The position numbers and the translations under genes were made by a program. The notes below the pieces were generated by a model. It saw only the letters and a program-made list of their open reading frames with translations, was not told the DNA's origin and ran no database searches. Shown here piece by piece: positions 1 to 12,789 of a DNA stretch of 64,000 nucleotides. This DNA is from Schizochytrium sp. TIO01 (Eukaryota > Protista > Bigyra: Labyrinthulomycetes): assembly GCA_004764695.1 (NCBI GenBank), contig SMSO01000014.1:615648-679647 (forward strand), given 5' to 3'. Position 1 is the stretch's first letter; every line of letters starts with the position of its first letter.

Positions 1-750
1 TTAGCATTCACTCAATGGCCAACCCTCCATGTTTACCAAACAGTCCTAATTGAACAATCTAGTGCGTGGTCTTCTGACCACTTGTCTAGTAGGATCGTCA
101 TTTTAGTTAAATTTATCCATGCTGACGAACCTTGGTGCTTCATCCTACTTCAACCTTTTCAACCATGCCGCCACCAACTCCTGGCCTGTACATGTGTAGG
201 GAATACTGAATTCATTTCGCTGCCCTTTGCTCTTTCTCATAGACAACAAGTTGATCGTGGTGCTCTCAGAAATAATCTATTTTGGTCACTGAGAGTGCTC
301 TCAAATATTGCCGCAGAACTCACTTTAGAAAATGACAGTATAATTGCTGGCGGCCAGTCCTCCCCAGCCCCGGGCTCACACGGGATGCTGCGTCATACGC
401 TTCAGCTCGCCCTGCGATGCCAATGTCTGTCTGCCTACGTGTGTCCATGTGCCTTCAACATCCGTCGTTAGAGTTCTTCTGCAAGTACCAGGTACACAGC
501 CAGACAGTCGGAAGACCAGTGAAAGCAGAAGTTCCCAGACGATGAGCCGCTCGCACTTCGGCTCGTTCTTAATCCCAGCTACGCAGAGAGCCATCGCGGT
601 AGCCATCCCAGAGCATCGCCGGTGCACTCGGGAGTCGAGTTGGAGCTGGAATCGTAATCAGGACCAAGGCTGATCGAGCTAAACAAGGGTCGAAGTTGCT
701 CGTAAATGTAGGCACGTATCATTTTTCATTCCTTCTTGTCACCTGATTTA

Positions 751-779
751 CATTCATTCATTCATTCATTCATTCATTC
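751..779. repeat. (TTCA)n microsatellite
   Basis: About 7 tandem CATT/TTCA units. Confidence 0.9.
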
Positions 780-2036
780 GTACACACGTAGGACCTCTAG
801 AGAGTGCATAGGCCATTCATAAAGCACGTAATCAAAACCAAAGACAAGATCATGTACATCCATCCAAAGCTGGGACGCAGAAGCCCGAGCGAGGCTCGAG
901 GTCGAGGCTCGCGGGTTTACCCCCTTCCCCCTGAAGGCCGATCTCAAGCAGATGTTAAGCTGTCCCAGCGAAGCGTGAACTCAGAGCAAATGAATTCCTG
1001 TTCACGATATGATTTGAAAAATGTCATCACAGTGGAAAGAAACTAAACGCCCAAAATGTGCAGAAGCCGAAATGGCGAGGATAGGACAGCTCGGCGACGG
1101 GAGAGACGACCTGGCCGGAGGCAGCGAGGCGAGAGGGGATCGTGGAGGTCTCCGCGTCCTGGCCCGCCCTCGAGACCGCCGCCGCGGCTTCGAGCGAGCG
1201 AGCGAGAACCTGTTCTGCCGAGGGCGCGAACCGCAGAGCCGCACGAGGCCAAACTTTTTTCAAAAGGCGAAACTTGAAACGGGAAACGAGAAAACCTCAT
1301 TATTGACTTCAGAGGGGCTCAGAGGGTCCGGCACGAGGTGTTTCCATCTCAAAGGAGCTCCTCCTCTCAACAACCGCTCACTGTGGAGCACTAGCTCACC
1401 CACTTCTCACTGGTTACTTCTTACCTTACTTATACCCGCTGTGGTAGGCCAAAAATAAACGATCTCCTAACAACCTTCAAAAGTTAGCCCCAGTGGCACA
1501 GACTGGAGGAGTGCAAATTAAGGGGAACCCGCAGAAAGAACTGGGCGGAGAAGAGTCCGCACGAGCGGAGAGGAGGCCTAGCGAGTGCACTGTACTTCTA
1601 CGGTTTTTCACACGAGGCCGGTCTGGGAAATGCGAGAAGGAGCCATCGTGATCATGTACCCGTCTCTATCTTTTCAAACTCTGTGTCGAAGGTTCTTAGT
1701 GAACATGTAGGAACTTCTACCAAGAGAAAAGAGTATGTTTTTTGGTTTTGAATGTTGAAAAAAAAAAGAAGAAAAAAAAAGGAAAAAAAGGGGGAAAAGG
1801 GTTTTGAAAGAAGTCGAAAAGTTCAAAAATGGGAGAGAAAAAGAGAGGAAAGAGAGAAAATCTGAAGAGAATTCAAAGAGAATTCAAACAGACTCCTCAG
1901 AATAATTAGGAGTAAGAAGGAGGAAAAAGAAAATGAGATTAGTTCCATTCTATGGGGAAATAGGGAGACAAAAGAAACAATCAAATCAAAGCGAATAACT
2001 AAATAATTCGACGTATATGCATCGGATCAAACAGCA

Positions 2037-2059
2037 ATCGATCGATCGATCGATCGATC
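2037..2059. repeat. (GATC)n palindromic microsatellite
   Basis: ATCG x5 + ATC, just upstream of the ATG at 2104. Confidence 0.9.
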
Positions 2060-2103
2060 CAGCGAAGAGCCAACGAGGAGCAACGCAAGCAAAGCTCGCA
2101 GCG

Positions 2104-4504
2104 ATGCCAGGACGTGCGACGGACTCGAGGACGCGGCGCAGCGGACGCAGAGGAGCGGACGCGGAGGCGCTAGCGGCAGTTCCGGCGAAAAGTCCTGGGA
2201 CGTCGTCGCCTTTAGCAACAGCAACTACGTCTGCAACGTCTCCTTCGCCTTCGTCGACGGTAACGATGTCTTCACAAATCGGGGCGCCACAAACAGTTCA
2301 GAAGCACCCGCACGTGCAGCAGCAGCAGGACTGCCACCAAAATGTGCAAAACAATCGACACCAGAGCCACGGAGGGGACCACGCCGAGGTGAGGAAACTT
2401 GCAGCGTCTAGAAACGATGTGGGAGGTATGATTCACCACCACCACCACCACCATCATCATCATGCAGCGGGGAGGGATGATCTGGTATCAGGACGCGGAA
2501 GACAGCAACACCAAAACCAACGTCATCAGATGCGGACAGGCAAGACTATGCAAAGGTCCAGAACCAGCCCCAAAGTTGCTCTCCATGGCGTTGTAGGGCA
2601 GAATTTGAGAAAGAAGCAGCAGCAGATTCAACAAAGCCGAGAAGACTCCAAGGAAATGGAGGCCCTTCATGAAAACTCATTTGCGTGCATTGCGTACGAC
2701 GATGACGACGATGATGACGACGACAACGCTGAGGTCGATGAGGAGAAGAACCCGTCGAACTCCGAAAGTTTTCATGAAGACATGGGTGAAGAAGCTATTA
2801 ATGTTGAAAACCCCTCTCCGGAGAGTCTTGAGGACAACCTTTATGGAAAAGAGAGACAAGGACCTGGAGAATCGTGTGATCGCAACGAACCATTCGCTGC
2901 AGAATCTGAGAAGATTCGCGCCAGTGAAGAGTCAAAATTAGGGGCATCCATAGCTGATGGGGACATTCCATCAAAGTCCAAGACTGTTCCTCCTGCCAAA
3001 GCTCAGATTACTTATTCTATAGAGGAACTCACACAGTTTCGCGAAACTTGCAAAGAAATGCCAAATGCCTTACGTGGATTGAACATGACCATCGTACCTA
3101 TGAGTGAGTGGCGGCACGATCGAAAAGGATCAACAAACATGACACCCCTCAGGAGGCGTTCCGAGAGCAGGGATTCTCGCGACCAATTTCCCCATCATGA
3201 TGCCGCAGGCATGTGGAGGCCACGTGCTCAAAGTATCTGTGCTGTAGCTACCCTCAGCAGCACCAGCATGACACGATTCTGCGTGTCAGACTTGGGAACA
3301 AGTGCTCCCTTAAGCACGTCTAGTCCAGCACATGTTCCGCGACGCTTACGCAGCGGAAGCACTGGAGCTTGGAGCGAGGTTGAATCTCTACCAAGCCTTG
3401 ATGGTCTTATTTTTGAGGACCTGGCCCGAGGTCACAGCGAGTCAAGCCGTAACCTCAGCCCCTTGAGCAGTGAATATTCACCGCAAACACCCCCTCTGCA
3501 CCCCCTTACAGAACCTGGAAACAACTTCTCTAACAAGGATTCAATCCCATGGCCCTCATCACTTCCAGGCACTCCAGAGGATACACAGCCTGTGAGTCCT
3601 GCATTTGCGTCAGCCAGAATTCAAGCTTATGATTCCCTCGCAGAGGAATCTGAGCAAGCGAGTATTGACATCCCACTTGAAGTGGCCAACTTTGCGACGC
3701 TTCTACAAGACGAAGGTCATACTATGCCGGATGTTCAATGGCAAGAGGAAGAGCGCCGCATGGTTCGCGAGGTTGAACAGTTGCCTATGGACTTTAATGC
3801 CCTTGAGATGTCCATTTCGTCCACCGTTGGTAGTAGCCAATGCCAGTGCCCTGGATGCACCATCCGTGCAGGAGTCTGCCATATGTCCGGAGGCGAATCC
3901 CCACTGCTGCATTCAATTCCTAGTGATCCACAACAAACTGGAAGTCTTCTAGCACCTCAGGATGGTGAATTCGTTTCTCAGGATGATATGTACACAAACC
4001 CAGTTTCATTGGCAGAATCTGAACAACCCCCCAATACTTTGAGCGGCATTCGCTCAGCTCAAGGCCAGATGCTTGCTCCTTTTGACCAGTTTGGGTCTCC
4101 TGCAGGACCCTATGCAGGAGGTCTAGCCGGGGAGTATATGGATTATCCTCAGATGACACCGCCGCAAGATATGCCAACACAGCAACAACAACAGGAACAA
4201 AATCAACCACAGCACATGGCCATTGCGATGCAGATGCAAATGATGCAAATGCAGATGCAAATGCAGCAACCACCGTACATGTATGGATACCCCAACGCAG
4301 AGCCACAACAATTTGCCCCTTCCAAACATGTATCCTTCTCCAGGTGGTAGTTCTGGGCCGTTTATGCCCTCCTACTCAAGCACACCCCCTGTGCTGGCCA
4401 TTCCATCGGCGCTGAACACTGGCCCAGCCATGGTAGGGGGGGCAAGTCCAATGGGCGCATCCGAATTTCATACGCAGCACCACCAAAATTATTATTACTC
4501 ATAA
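2104..4504 (+). CDS. Large intrinsically disordered protein, candidate eIF4E-binding protein; main ORF ends at 4350, with a probable +1 frame break near 4316-4319 extending the CDS to 4504
   Basis: 777-aa ORF (2017..4350). The likelier start is ATG 2104 (MPGRA), since the upstream part translates a (GATC)n repeat. Contains His10, poly-D and poly-Q tracts, the motif ITYSIEELTQFRETCKEMP (~3007-3063), an SP/TP-rich segment and an MQ/PY-rich tail. Removing one C from GCCCCT joins the P/Y/M-rich +1 frame (LPNMYPSPGG...QNYYYS*). Confidence 0.7.
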
Positions 4505-5069
4505 TGTAATGGACAAAGGGGGAAGAATAATGTATATGAAAATAAAACAAAAAAATAAACGAGTCTCGGCCAAGATACCACATCACTCCTAGCAACATTG
4601 CAGATAATGTTCTAGGTTTTGGGGCAGCAGTGGTAACAGTAGTATCGACAGCAACGACAATGCATCTTATGTCATCATCCTTCTATTAGCACAAGCGTAA
4701 GGTCACTCGCAACATGGGTCTCCTTGTCGTTTCCCTGTTAAAGTTCTAATAGCAAACACGTCGCCCTTCCCAGATGACACGTGTGCTCCTGTTGCGTAGC
4801 TAGCTGGTTCAGCTAGCTTATCTACTTGCTATTTCATGCTGATAAGTGCTTCTGATTGCTGCATGCGCCCAAATAACAAAGCTTCATTTTTTGACTTTGC
4901 TCCCGTCGCAGCTGTCAAGGTACTGTAATCTTTTCTTAACGTGAGGAGATTATTAGAGACAGAAGACGACGATCACTGCCGCGGACCTGTATATAGTAGA
5001 AACGAAATAGGAAATGAATAAAACTTGAGAAAAACAGAAGACCATCCAAAACATTTTCTTGGGCTCAGC

Positions 5070-5822
5070 TCAAACCTTGACTAAAGTGTGCAGCGCTGCT
5101 GTGAGAGATCCTGTGCCAAGCGCAGTGAGAAGCACAGTGCGAGGAGATCCTTGTCGTATAGCCAACAGGCCTCCTGCAGACGCGCCACCAACAAAGACAT
5201 TAAAGGAGTGCTTACTATGCGTGAGATCTTCAGACACACAGGTCATGCCTCCAAACGTTCCGAGAAAGCAACCAAACATCAACGATGCCTGGCCCATGCT
5301 TCTAAGACGCGGAAATGCTTTTTCACGCCAGAACGAAGCCAATGTTTTTGGCGAGCCAAGATCGTGAGCTACCGACTGCGATTTCCTCAGATCTCTGGTG
5401 CTCATAGATGCATTTTTAGGTCTTGTGCTAAAGACCTGCTGCGGCTTTGCAGCAGAGGTCGATGCTGAAGAAGCAGAGTTTGGGACAGAAGAAGTCGACG
5501 GGTTCGGAGGTTTGGCCGAAGGAGCCGAGGTTGAAGACGCACTTGAAGCCGAAGACGTAGATCCTGAAGGTTTTGATGCTTGTGCAGCAGCAACTTCGGC
5601 CTCCGTAGCGGATTGAGAAGCAGTTTCAGCAGTCGACTTTGAGGCTGCAGAGGTCCAGCCTGTGACAGCTAGCTCATCGAGAGGGTGGAAAGCAGCACCC
5701 CAAGCAAGACCTACTAGACCTCCGCGGATAAATCCATCAGCCGCACGAGCAGAGCACGAGGGTTTGTATCTGCTATCATCCACAACGCCAGAAAAGCGCC
5801 TCACATCGCCAACGTCGGCCAT
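5070..5822 (-). CDS. Tim17/Tim22/Tim23 (PRAT) family mitochondrial inner-membrane protein with a long S/A/P-rich loop
   Basis: 250 aa with Gly-rich TM helices: PSC..ADGFIRGGLVGLAWGAAF, SLMFGCFLGTFGGMTC, and FNVFVGGASAGGLLAIRQG. The last resembles the family pattern D.WN...gG..tGa.La. Confidence 0.8.
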   Translation of the reverse strand: MADVGDVRRFSGVVDDSRYKPSCSARAADGFIRGGLVGLAWGAAFHPLDELAVTGWTSAASKSTAETASQSATEAEVAAAQASKPSGSTSSASSASSTSAPSAKPPNPSTSSVPNSASSASTSAAKPQQVFSTRPKNASMSTRDLRKSQSVAHDLGSPKTLASFWREKAFPRLRSMGQASLMFGCFLGTFGGMTCVSEDLTHSKHSFNVFVGGASAGGLLAIRQGSPRTVLLTALGTGSLTAALHTLVKV

Positions 5823-6638
5823 GCTCTCTATCAGAGAGAGAGAAAAAGAGATCTGATCTGCGCGAGGAAATCAAAGCGCACAAGAAGATTATAATCCGAG
5901 ATATAACTCTTGATCCGCTCTCGCTTCGTTATGCTCTATACTGAGCTCGCTTAGAGCAGCTGACGATAGTCGGTGTTTTGTTTCTGCAATTAAAGTGCTT
6001 GAACAATAATTCACTAATGCAAGAACAAAATGAAAGTAAATGAGAATGAATGAATGAACGGGAGAAGAAGAGATTAATTTTTGTCTAAATAAAAACAGCA
6101 GCGATTCTGATCTTAAGTGTACTGAAGAAAAGCACATTCAACATTTCCTTCGGAGAGCGTTCAAATTGATTGAAGTCTACCTGCAAACTGATCACCACAA
6201 AGCTTGCTTTCCCTATCAATCCTAATCGAGAACGATCAGTCGAGAATAGTGTTGTTGTCACTTTATGTTTGTTTTATCTAATAATAATTGAACATTCCGG
6301 AGAAACCATGGCCATGCAAAACCCAGAAAGCAAGGCCTTTCAACAGGCTGAAAACTATGTCACGCTGCTACCTAGGTGCCATTTCAAGGTCCAAGCTCAG
6401 CGAATGAACTTTCTGTATGTCTATTGTTTGGCTCTTGTTGGTGGTAAGATTATTAGTTTGATCATTGATCTCATTGATGGCAAGATCGATTTATGAGTGA
6501 TACTAAGTAAAATCAGTCATTTCCTTTGTACATTGCAAAGCGAAGAAGAAATCAAATCAAATCTTCATATCTCTCTCCCAGAGAGAGCGCGAGAGTACCT
6601 CCGTCCCGTGTGTGCTCCTCGACGAGATCTCTTCGATC
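5823..6638. promoter_or_regulatory. Putative bidirectional promoter between the Tim17-family gene and the metaxin gene
   Basis: 816-bp AT-rich gap between divergent start codons. No specific element was identified. Confidence 0.45.
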
Positions 6639-7676
6639 ATGGCCTCCGGCAGTGGCGAACGAGCCCAGGTAGCCCTGGTGCAGTTCAGGCCTGCCTGGGC
6701 CGAGCAGGCCTACTTGCGATGGGCAGGCATTGCTCATGTGGTAGAGAACTGGTCCCAGCCGTGGAGCTCCTCTGCAGGCGAACTTCCCCAGCTACACGGG
6801 AAGGACCGCAGCATTGTGCCCTCTCGTGAGATTATCAGATATCTCCGCGGCGTGAGCGACCTCGATGAAAAACTCTCAGACGGTCAGCGAGCGCAGCTGG
6901 CTGGCTTTGAGAGCCTCATTCGAAACGACCTTCGCGTAGCGCTTGAGTGGAGCAGATGGGCTGACGATGAGCATTACACGCAGGTCACGCGCAAGATCCT
7001 GCTCGAGGTCCTTCCGTTCCCACTTAGCTACGCCTATACTTGGTTCCAGAGAAAAGCTGTCATGTTCAGATTGCATCAGCACCACAGTATCGACTCCGAA
7101 GAAAGCGCAAAACGCGTGGCACGCCAAGCGTATGAGGCCCTCGCTCTCCAACTTGGCGATGGACCGTGGATGTTTGGGTCTATCGGACCCACGAGCCTCG
7201 ATTGCCTCGTCTTTGGACACCTTATGGACGCCTTGCGCGAACCCATCGGCGCGGTATGCTTCAAGATGCACCCTAATCTGGTTGACTTTTGCAAACGCGT
7301 GCAGGAAGAGCTTTTTGACAAACCCAAACCAGCGGTGGCGAAGCTTTGTGGTCTCGCTGGCGAACGTAACCGTTTTTCTGAGAGTCAGGGCTTCAACACT
7401 GTGTACCATCAGTCAGCGATGCGACTCTCGAGTTGGGCTGAGGATGAGGTTCCACTGGCAGCATCTGAGGAAGAAGGCATGACAAAGCGCGAGCGCGACT
7501 TCCAGGAGGGTTCTCGCAACGCTGTCCTCCTCGCTGGTGGAGTCGTTGCAGGCTACTTGCTGTACTCCAACTTTGTCAACTTTTCCCTCGAGGATGATGA
7601 TGACGACTACTACGACGAGTATGATGAGGACGATGAGTATTACGATGAAGATGATGATGAGGAGGAGGAAGACTAA
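6639..7676 (+). CDS. Metaxin-like (GST-fold, SAM-complex associated) protein with C-terminal TM anchor and acidic tail
   Basis: Metaxin-type motifs GELPQL, ALEWSRWAD..HY...TR..L...LPFPL and AYEALALQLGDGPWMFG..PTSLDCLVFGHL. TM segment AVLLAGGVVAGYLLY is followed by a D/E/Y tail. First in-frame ATG is at 6639. Confidence 0.85.
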   Translation: MASGSGERAQVALVQFRPAWAEQAYLRWAGIAHVVENWSQPWSSSAGELPQLHGKDRSIVPSREIIRYLRGVSDLDEKLSDGQRAQLAGFESLIRNDLRVALEWSRWADDEHYTQVTRKILLEVLPFPLSYAYTWFQRKAVMFRLHQHHSIDSEESAKRVARQAYEALALQLGDGPWMFGSIGPTSLDCLVFGHLMDALREPIGAVCFKMHPNLVDFCKRVQEELFDKPKPAVAKLCGLAGERNRFSESQGFNTVYHQSAMRLSSWAEDEVPLAASEEEGMTKRERDFQEGSRNAVLLAGGVVAGYLLYSNFVNFSLEDDDDDYYDEYDEDDEYYDEDDDEEEED

Positions 7677-8327
7677 AAGTCAAAGTCTTAAGACTGAAGC
7701 TTTAGGCTACAATCTTAGGATTTGTCAAATTAATATTCGCCTTCTTCTTTAAATTGTCCATTCTTTCTTTCCTTCATATTTTTTTTAAGCAAAAAAGCAA
7801 AATTTGAACAGCCACTACAGCTACAACTTTCACTTGATACACGGAACATGTACATCTTGCTGTCAACAACCCTTCCGAAAAATCGATAACTTTCAATTAT
7901 GCTTCGGTTGGTTTAGATGCTTACACTCAAATACCTACATGCTCAAATTAAATTTGGTTTGGGCCTTCAAAACAGAGCAAATGCTCCTTAGCCAAAGGAA
8001 TGGTTGTCAAGGAATAGAAGCTGTTTAACCTAAGGAATTAGACTTCTTTCCTTTTTTCTTTATGAAGAAGAAATGGGGGAGAGGCCTAGGTAGAGAAAGA
8101 TGACAAAAAAACTCTTTTTTTTTTAACTTCATGATCACAAATGATAGATCCGTCTGCGTGCTTCACTACTTCTTCATGGTCGTACATGTGTGCACCTTGG
8201 TCACGATTGGCTAAATCAAATATTGCTATGCCTCCCATACCAGGAAATTATTAGATGGTGACGGTGCTGGAGTTTGTCTCTGTAGTGAAGATGGTCGCAA
8301 CGAAAAGTCTGCACTGAGGACAAGTGT

Positions 8328-9927
8328 TTACGGAATTAGTCCCTGTTGCTGCAAACCCTGACCCAGACGTTCGTAAAGAAGAAGCTTTTCCTCGTTGCCG
8401 AGCTGGAGCAAGAGTCGTAGCACCACCTCAGGAGACGGGGTTCCGTCGAGCGAACGCGCGACGCGAGCCTGGTAGTAAACATAGACGAACATACCCATAA
8501 GCACCTGACAATCCATCCGGTCTACAGCGCCACCATGACCCGGGATAGAGTCTCCAAAATCCTTGATCTTAAAAGCACGCTTGAAGCCCGAAGCGAAGAA
8601 TCCACCAAACGGCGCTACAATAGAGGCAAATATGGCCATCCAGATCACGTGCTCATCCATCTGCTGTACCTGAAAGTTTGCCATAGACTCCGGTAATATT
8701 GAGCTCATCTTAGGACCAATAACATCTGAGAGCGCGTGGTATTCGTAGATTGGGTCCAGCTGACAGTCCGGCCAGTACTCGAGACGAAAGCCGCGGCGCT
8801 CACAGACCATCAAACCGAATTTTGTGTAAAGTCTGGACATGATGAAGCCAATAACCATGGTTGCAAGCCAGCCACCCATGAAACCTTCCCAAGTCTTCTT
8901 GGGTGATAGCTTGATCAGCGGGGTCCGGCCAAAGAAAAAGCCAAAAATATACGCCCAGATATCATTACAAATAACCAAGGAGCAGGGCAGAAGAAACCAC
9001 ACCAGACCATTGAACATGTTGCTGACCAATGTGGAGCTCTGCACTACCACCATTAAAAGTGTTACATGACAATATGCAAACTGTTTGAATTGGTATCTGT
9101 AATAGTGTTTCTTGAGACTCCACACAAAGAGAATGAGGCCAAAGGCATATAACAAAAAGCAGTACAGCTCAAACTTTTGCAGGTGATCCGAGATCTTGAA
9201 ACCAAAATGGTGACGCAGCGAGTGCATCAAGAAATGTTCTTCAAGCGTCTTGCCATAACTACTCAAATACAATAGTTCAAAGCGCCACAGTCTGAGTTAG
9301 TTTATATCATAAATTGCAAACATACACATTAAAACCCCAACAAGCCAAGTAACATTTAGCCGCTTCATTCTACACTGTTCAATAAAAATATGGTATCCAC
9401 CTTAATATTGAGGAGTTGCTGACAATCAAGCGAAGTATCGACATAGTTTGCTGAGCAAATTCTTGTGCCAGGAGAACTTCTACTCCAGTTGATTGAGCCA
9501 CAAGAGAAACTTACATGAAGATAGAGGTAACGAGAAACCAATACACATAAAGGAATTTAAATCCGGGCAAATCGCGTTCACTTGACTCGTTCATTTGGAT
9601 GAACACAAGCTCTTTGTACATGAGGGCCTGGATAATGAAGACCAGCACTGCACAGCCCATCTGTTGAAGGTAAACCACGATGAAGAGGAATGCGAAGATC
9701 ATGACAAGCGACCAGGATGCCCGTGTCACAAAGCTTTGAAACCTAGTCTCTGTGGTTGCATCTCGCAAGAGCGTCACAGGGGCCGCGTTTCCGTCCTCTT
9801 CCTCTTCCTCTACCGAGGACATGGACGAGGCACTATCCGCATGGCGTAGGTTACGCTCGCTCAGACTCGCCTCGCTCTCAGAGTCCGCAGATTGGTTGCG
9901 TTTTCGCTGACGGAGTTCCGAAGCCAT
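8328..9927 (-). CDS. CDS1: Phosphatidate cytidylyltransferase (CDP-diacylglycerol synthase, CDS1/2 type); exons 9927-9515 and 9258-8328
   Basis: Signature motifs ICNDIWAYIFGFFFGRTPLIKLSPKKTWEGF and FASGFKRAFKIKDFGDSIPGHGG..DRMDC. The spliced junction reads ...TSIF-I-YGKTLEE in frame. Confidence 0.95.
9259..9514 (-). other. Spliceosomal intron (256 bp, phase 2) in the CDP-DAG synthase gene
   Basis: On the minus strand: GTAAGT donor at 9514, CTAAC branch site at 9300-9296, TAG acceptor ending at 9259. Splicing restores the frame (AT+T = Ile). Confidence 0.9.
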
Positions 9928-12789
9928 TTTCACAAACTTGAAGACACCTCCGCAATTAATCAGTCCTCAAATATTGAACGCAGATTTCAATCTTGAGATT
10001 TTTAAATCCTGCGCCGACGACGACACCGACGACGCCGACAATGGTCTCAATCAACGAAGATGCCGGCACCCTAAGATACCAAACAGAAAAACCTTTGTGC
10101 CAAGCGCGGAGTTGCAGCGGGAGAACCGCAAGCAAACGCACCCGCGGAACCCAGACGGCCTACGTCGCCGACGCCAGAGCGTCCTCAGCGATCCCAGCGC
10201 GAGCTTGATCAGGATTTGCCTGTTGCCTCCTTTCTCCTCTTTCCTTCCCTTTGTGGCTTTTATTGTATGATGCAGTAGGTAAGTATTATGAGGTCTTGGA
10301 TTTCATTGCTCCTTCTTTTCCTTGCCTCTCTTTTCGTGTCTGTCGGTCGCCTATCGCCTATTTATGCGCCATTTGTCTACTGTGTGGGGCCGCCAATACT
10401 TCACTTGAGTGTTGCATTGTCCATTTGTGTCCCCTTCCACAAGTGAGTTATAGCGGAAAGTCGACCACCCTCGTGGAAGGGAGGGAATAGTCTACTTGCG
10501 ATGGGCGCTTCTGCAGTTATACAAAGCAACTTAAAGTACACTATAGGGTGTCGCAAGTGCAGAATTCAGTTGAGGCCCAGGGACCTGAGATCTTCAGAAT
10601 AGTCCACACCATTGGAAGCTGAGCTAACTCTAACTCGCCTTTTATGCGTGCTCAATTCATCTCTTATGTTTGCTTTGCTGGTGTAAGCTGCTTCACTGCT
10701 TGGTCTTGTTGAGAAGGAAAGCTGCGTAGTTGTGAGTTTGCTCATCCATCCCTAAAACCAAGAAGCATCGAGAGATCCTCCTCGTGTTGCACAAACTATT
10801 ACAAAGGTACCTACCTATCTACTTATTAGTAATACTTTATCGTCTTTTCAGTGGGTACTATTTATTACCTATACAGTAATAAGAATGATCGATCAGGCAA
10901 CAAGAAGAATATAGAACATCACAAATAACCTATCTCCAGTTTCATTAAAGAGTGGCAGGTAACCCTGGCAGTCAGGCAAATACATGATGACAATAAGCCG
11001 AAACTTGAACTTAGTTTACTTTACATTTTGAACATAACTTCACGTGTGAATTAGTTCGTGTAGCTGATAAAACCTATTTACGGAAACAGTCAGTTCTAAT
11101 CCTTGCACCAGACAAAGATCAGGATTGGGAAGAACACCTAGAACATCAAGAGAGAATTGGAACTTGTAGAACACAATAAGCAAGAAGTGAACTAGAATAC
11201 AGGTGAAAATTAGGATATAATATGTGGACTCTGAAAGAGTAATACATTTGCACAACCCATTTTAGAGAAGCTCATACACTGTCCGAAGGATTCCTTATGT
11301 TCTGTTATATTTCTATAAAAGAATATTCTATTAGATGTTGTAGTAGGAAAATTAAAATTTGACAACACATACGCTTTTGATTAGTTAGTCTAAATACTGA
11401 TACTTGCCTAAGACTATGTTAATAAGGAGCAATAATATGAACAGCGGAGAACTTTTGGAATTGGATCCGTTGAACAGCTAGAATCTGACCTGGCACAGTT
11501 CTGTTCCTCAAGTAAGAAAAGGCAATTCAACCTGGGGCACAGCTTGAAGGTGTATTGACAAGTGGAAAACATTGAGGGGCTGCTGAAGTCATTTCAGGAT
11601 AGTCAACCATAGCATGATATGCTAACAGCAAATAAAGGGCGATTTCAATGATTATTATAAATGGAAAATTTCTGAAGCTAAAATATTTAACAAGGGATTA
11701 AGGAAGAGTCACACGAGTGTGCACGGCAAATAATATTGTATATATATGAATATATTGTGTTAGGCACACTTAATATAATGAACTCACGTATAGTCAGTGA
11801 TCAATGCTCAGAAACATACTACACAGGTGTGAAGGCACACGAACTCAAAGTTTCTTCTCTTACTTTGTCTACTTATTAGAAGCAGCGCGCCTTCTTTCAT
11901 TCTCTAGTTCTTAAGTTGACATTAATAAACACAAATAGAACCTGAATAGTAGATACCGGCGTAGCTTTCTAGCTGCCATACTTTTCGGTCATTTTATGTT
12001 TAGGGTGAAAGTCCCACTTTGGAGTCTCGAATGGAAGACACTTAGTCAAATATGATTAGGCATCTTTCCTTAACCGGACATACCGGAACTCTTGCATAGT
12101 TGACACCCTGATTTGGTAAATGCATCCTATTTGGCGGTAGGGAATTGTAGAGGCTCCGCTGCCGCGAGGTCCGGACGAGAGCAGTATAGCGGAAGTTCTA
12201 GTGCGCGTACACACGCAAGTACACGAGTCTGTATCATTGTTTACTTACCATATTGAATAGCTTAGATAGAAGCTGCAACAAGCAAGTAAACATTTGCATG
12301 TGGTTTCGCAGAAGACGATTGAAGTGTGCGAACGTAGCTGACGTAGCGGATGCTGCGGACACAATAAGTACTGCGGACGCGTAAAGGAGAGGCGCTGATC
12401 AGCGTAGGCCTTTCGAGTGGGAGGATTGGCTGGAGGTTTTACCGAATTGGTTGTAGGGGTCTGTGGATACACTATAGGAAAGAAATCGTGGCATCGCCTC
12501 TGCCGCTTTCGATCCTTTCCTGGCCTCCACGGAAGAATATTCAGCCTCTTGCTCTGGCAAGCCGCAGACATAGCCATTCGGCGGTGCGGGCATAATCAAC
12601 GATTATTGAGCCTTCTTCTCAAACGCAAACCTACATCTGTCACAGCTGCTTGTAAGCTTACACCTGATTAAGCTATTCCACCAGACGAGTTGCTCGCCAC
12701 GATTCTCGTCAGTTTCAGGTGCTTGAACTCAAGGCTTTCGTGGCGAGCCTTGCCCTGTGAAAGGGCAAGGTTGGCCACGTGGTGAAACC

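Noticed and set aside
1-720. Coding-like sequence at the left edge (ORFs 82..471, 344..673, 376..627)
   Set aside because: Multiple stops in the best minus frame and no recognisable motif; cannot be called, though it may be a relic.
4561-4689. Short frame ending in a hydrophobic stretch (VLGFGAAVVTVVSTATTMHLM), considered as a tail anchor of the first gene
   Set aside because: Separated from the CDS by several stops and no clear splice sites; more likely 3' UTR.
12001-12230. GGGTGAAAGTCCC resembling CR-I of RNase MRP/P RNA
   Set aside because: No matching CR-V/P4 partner strand was found downstream; a single short motif is insufficient.
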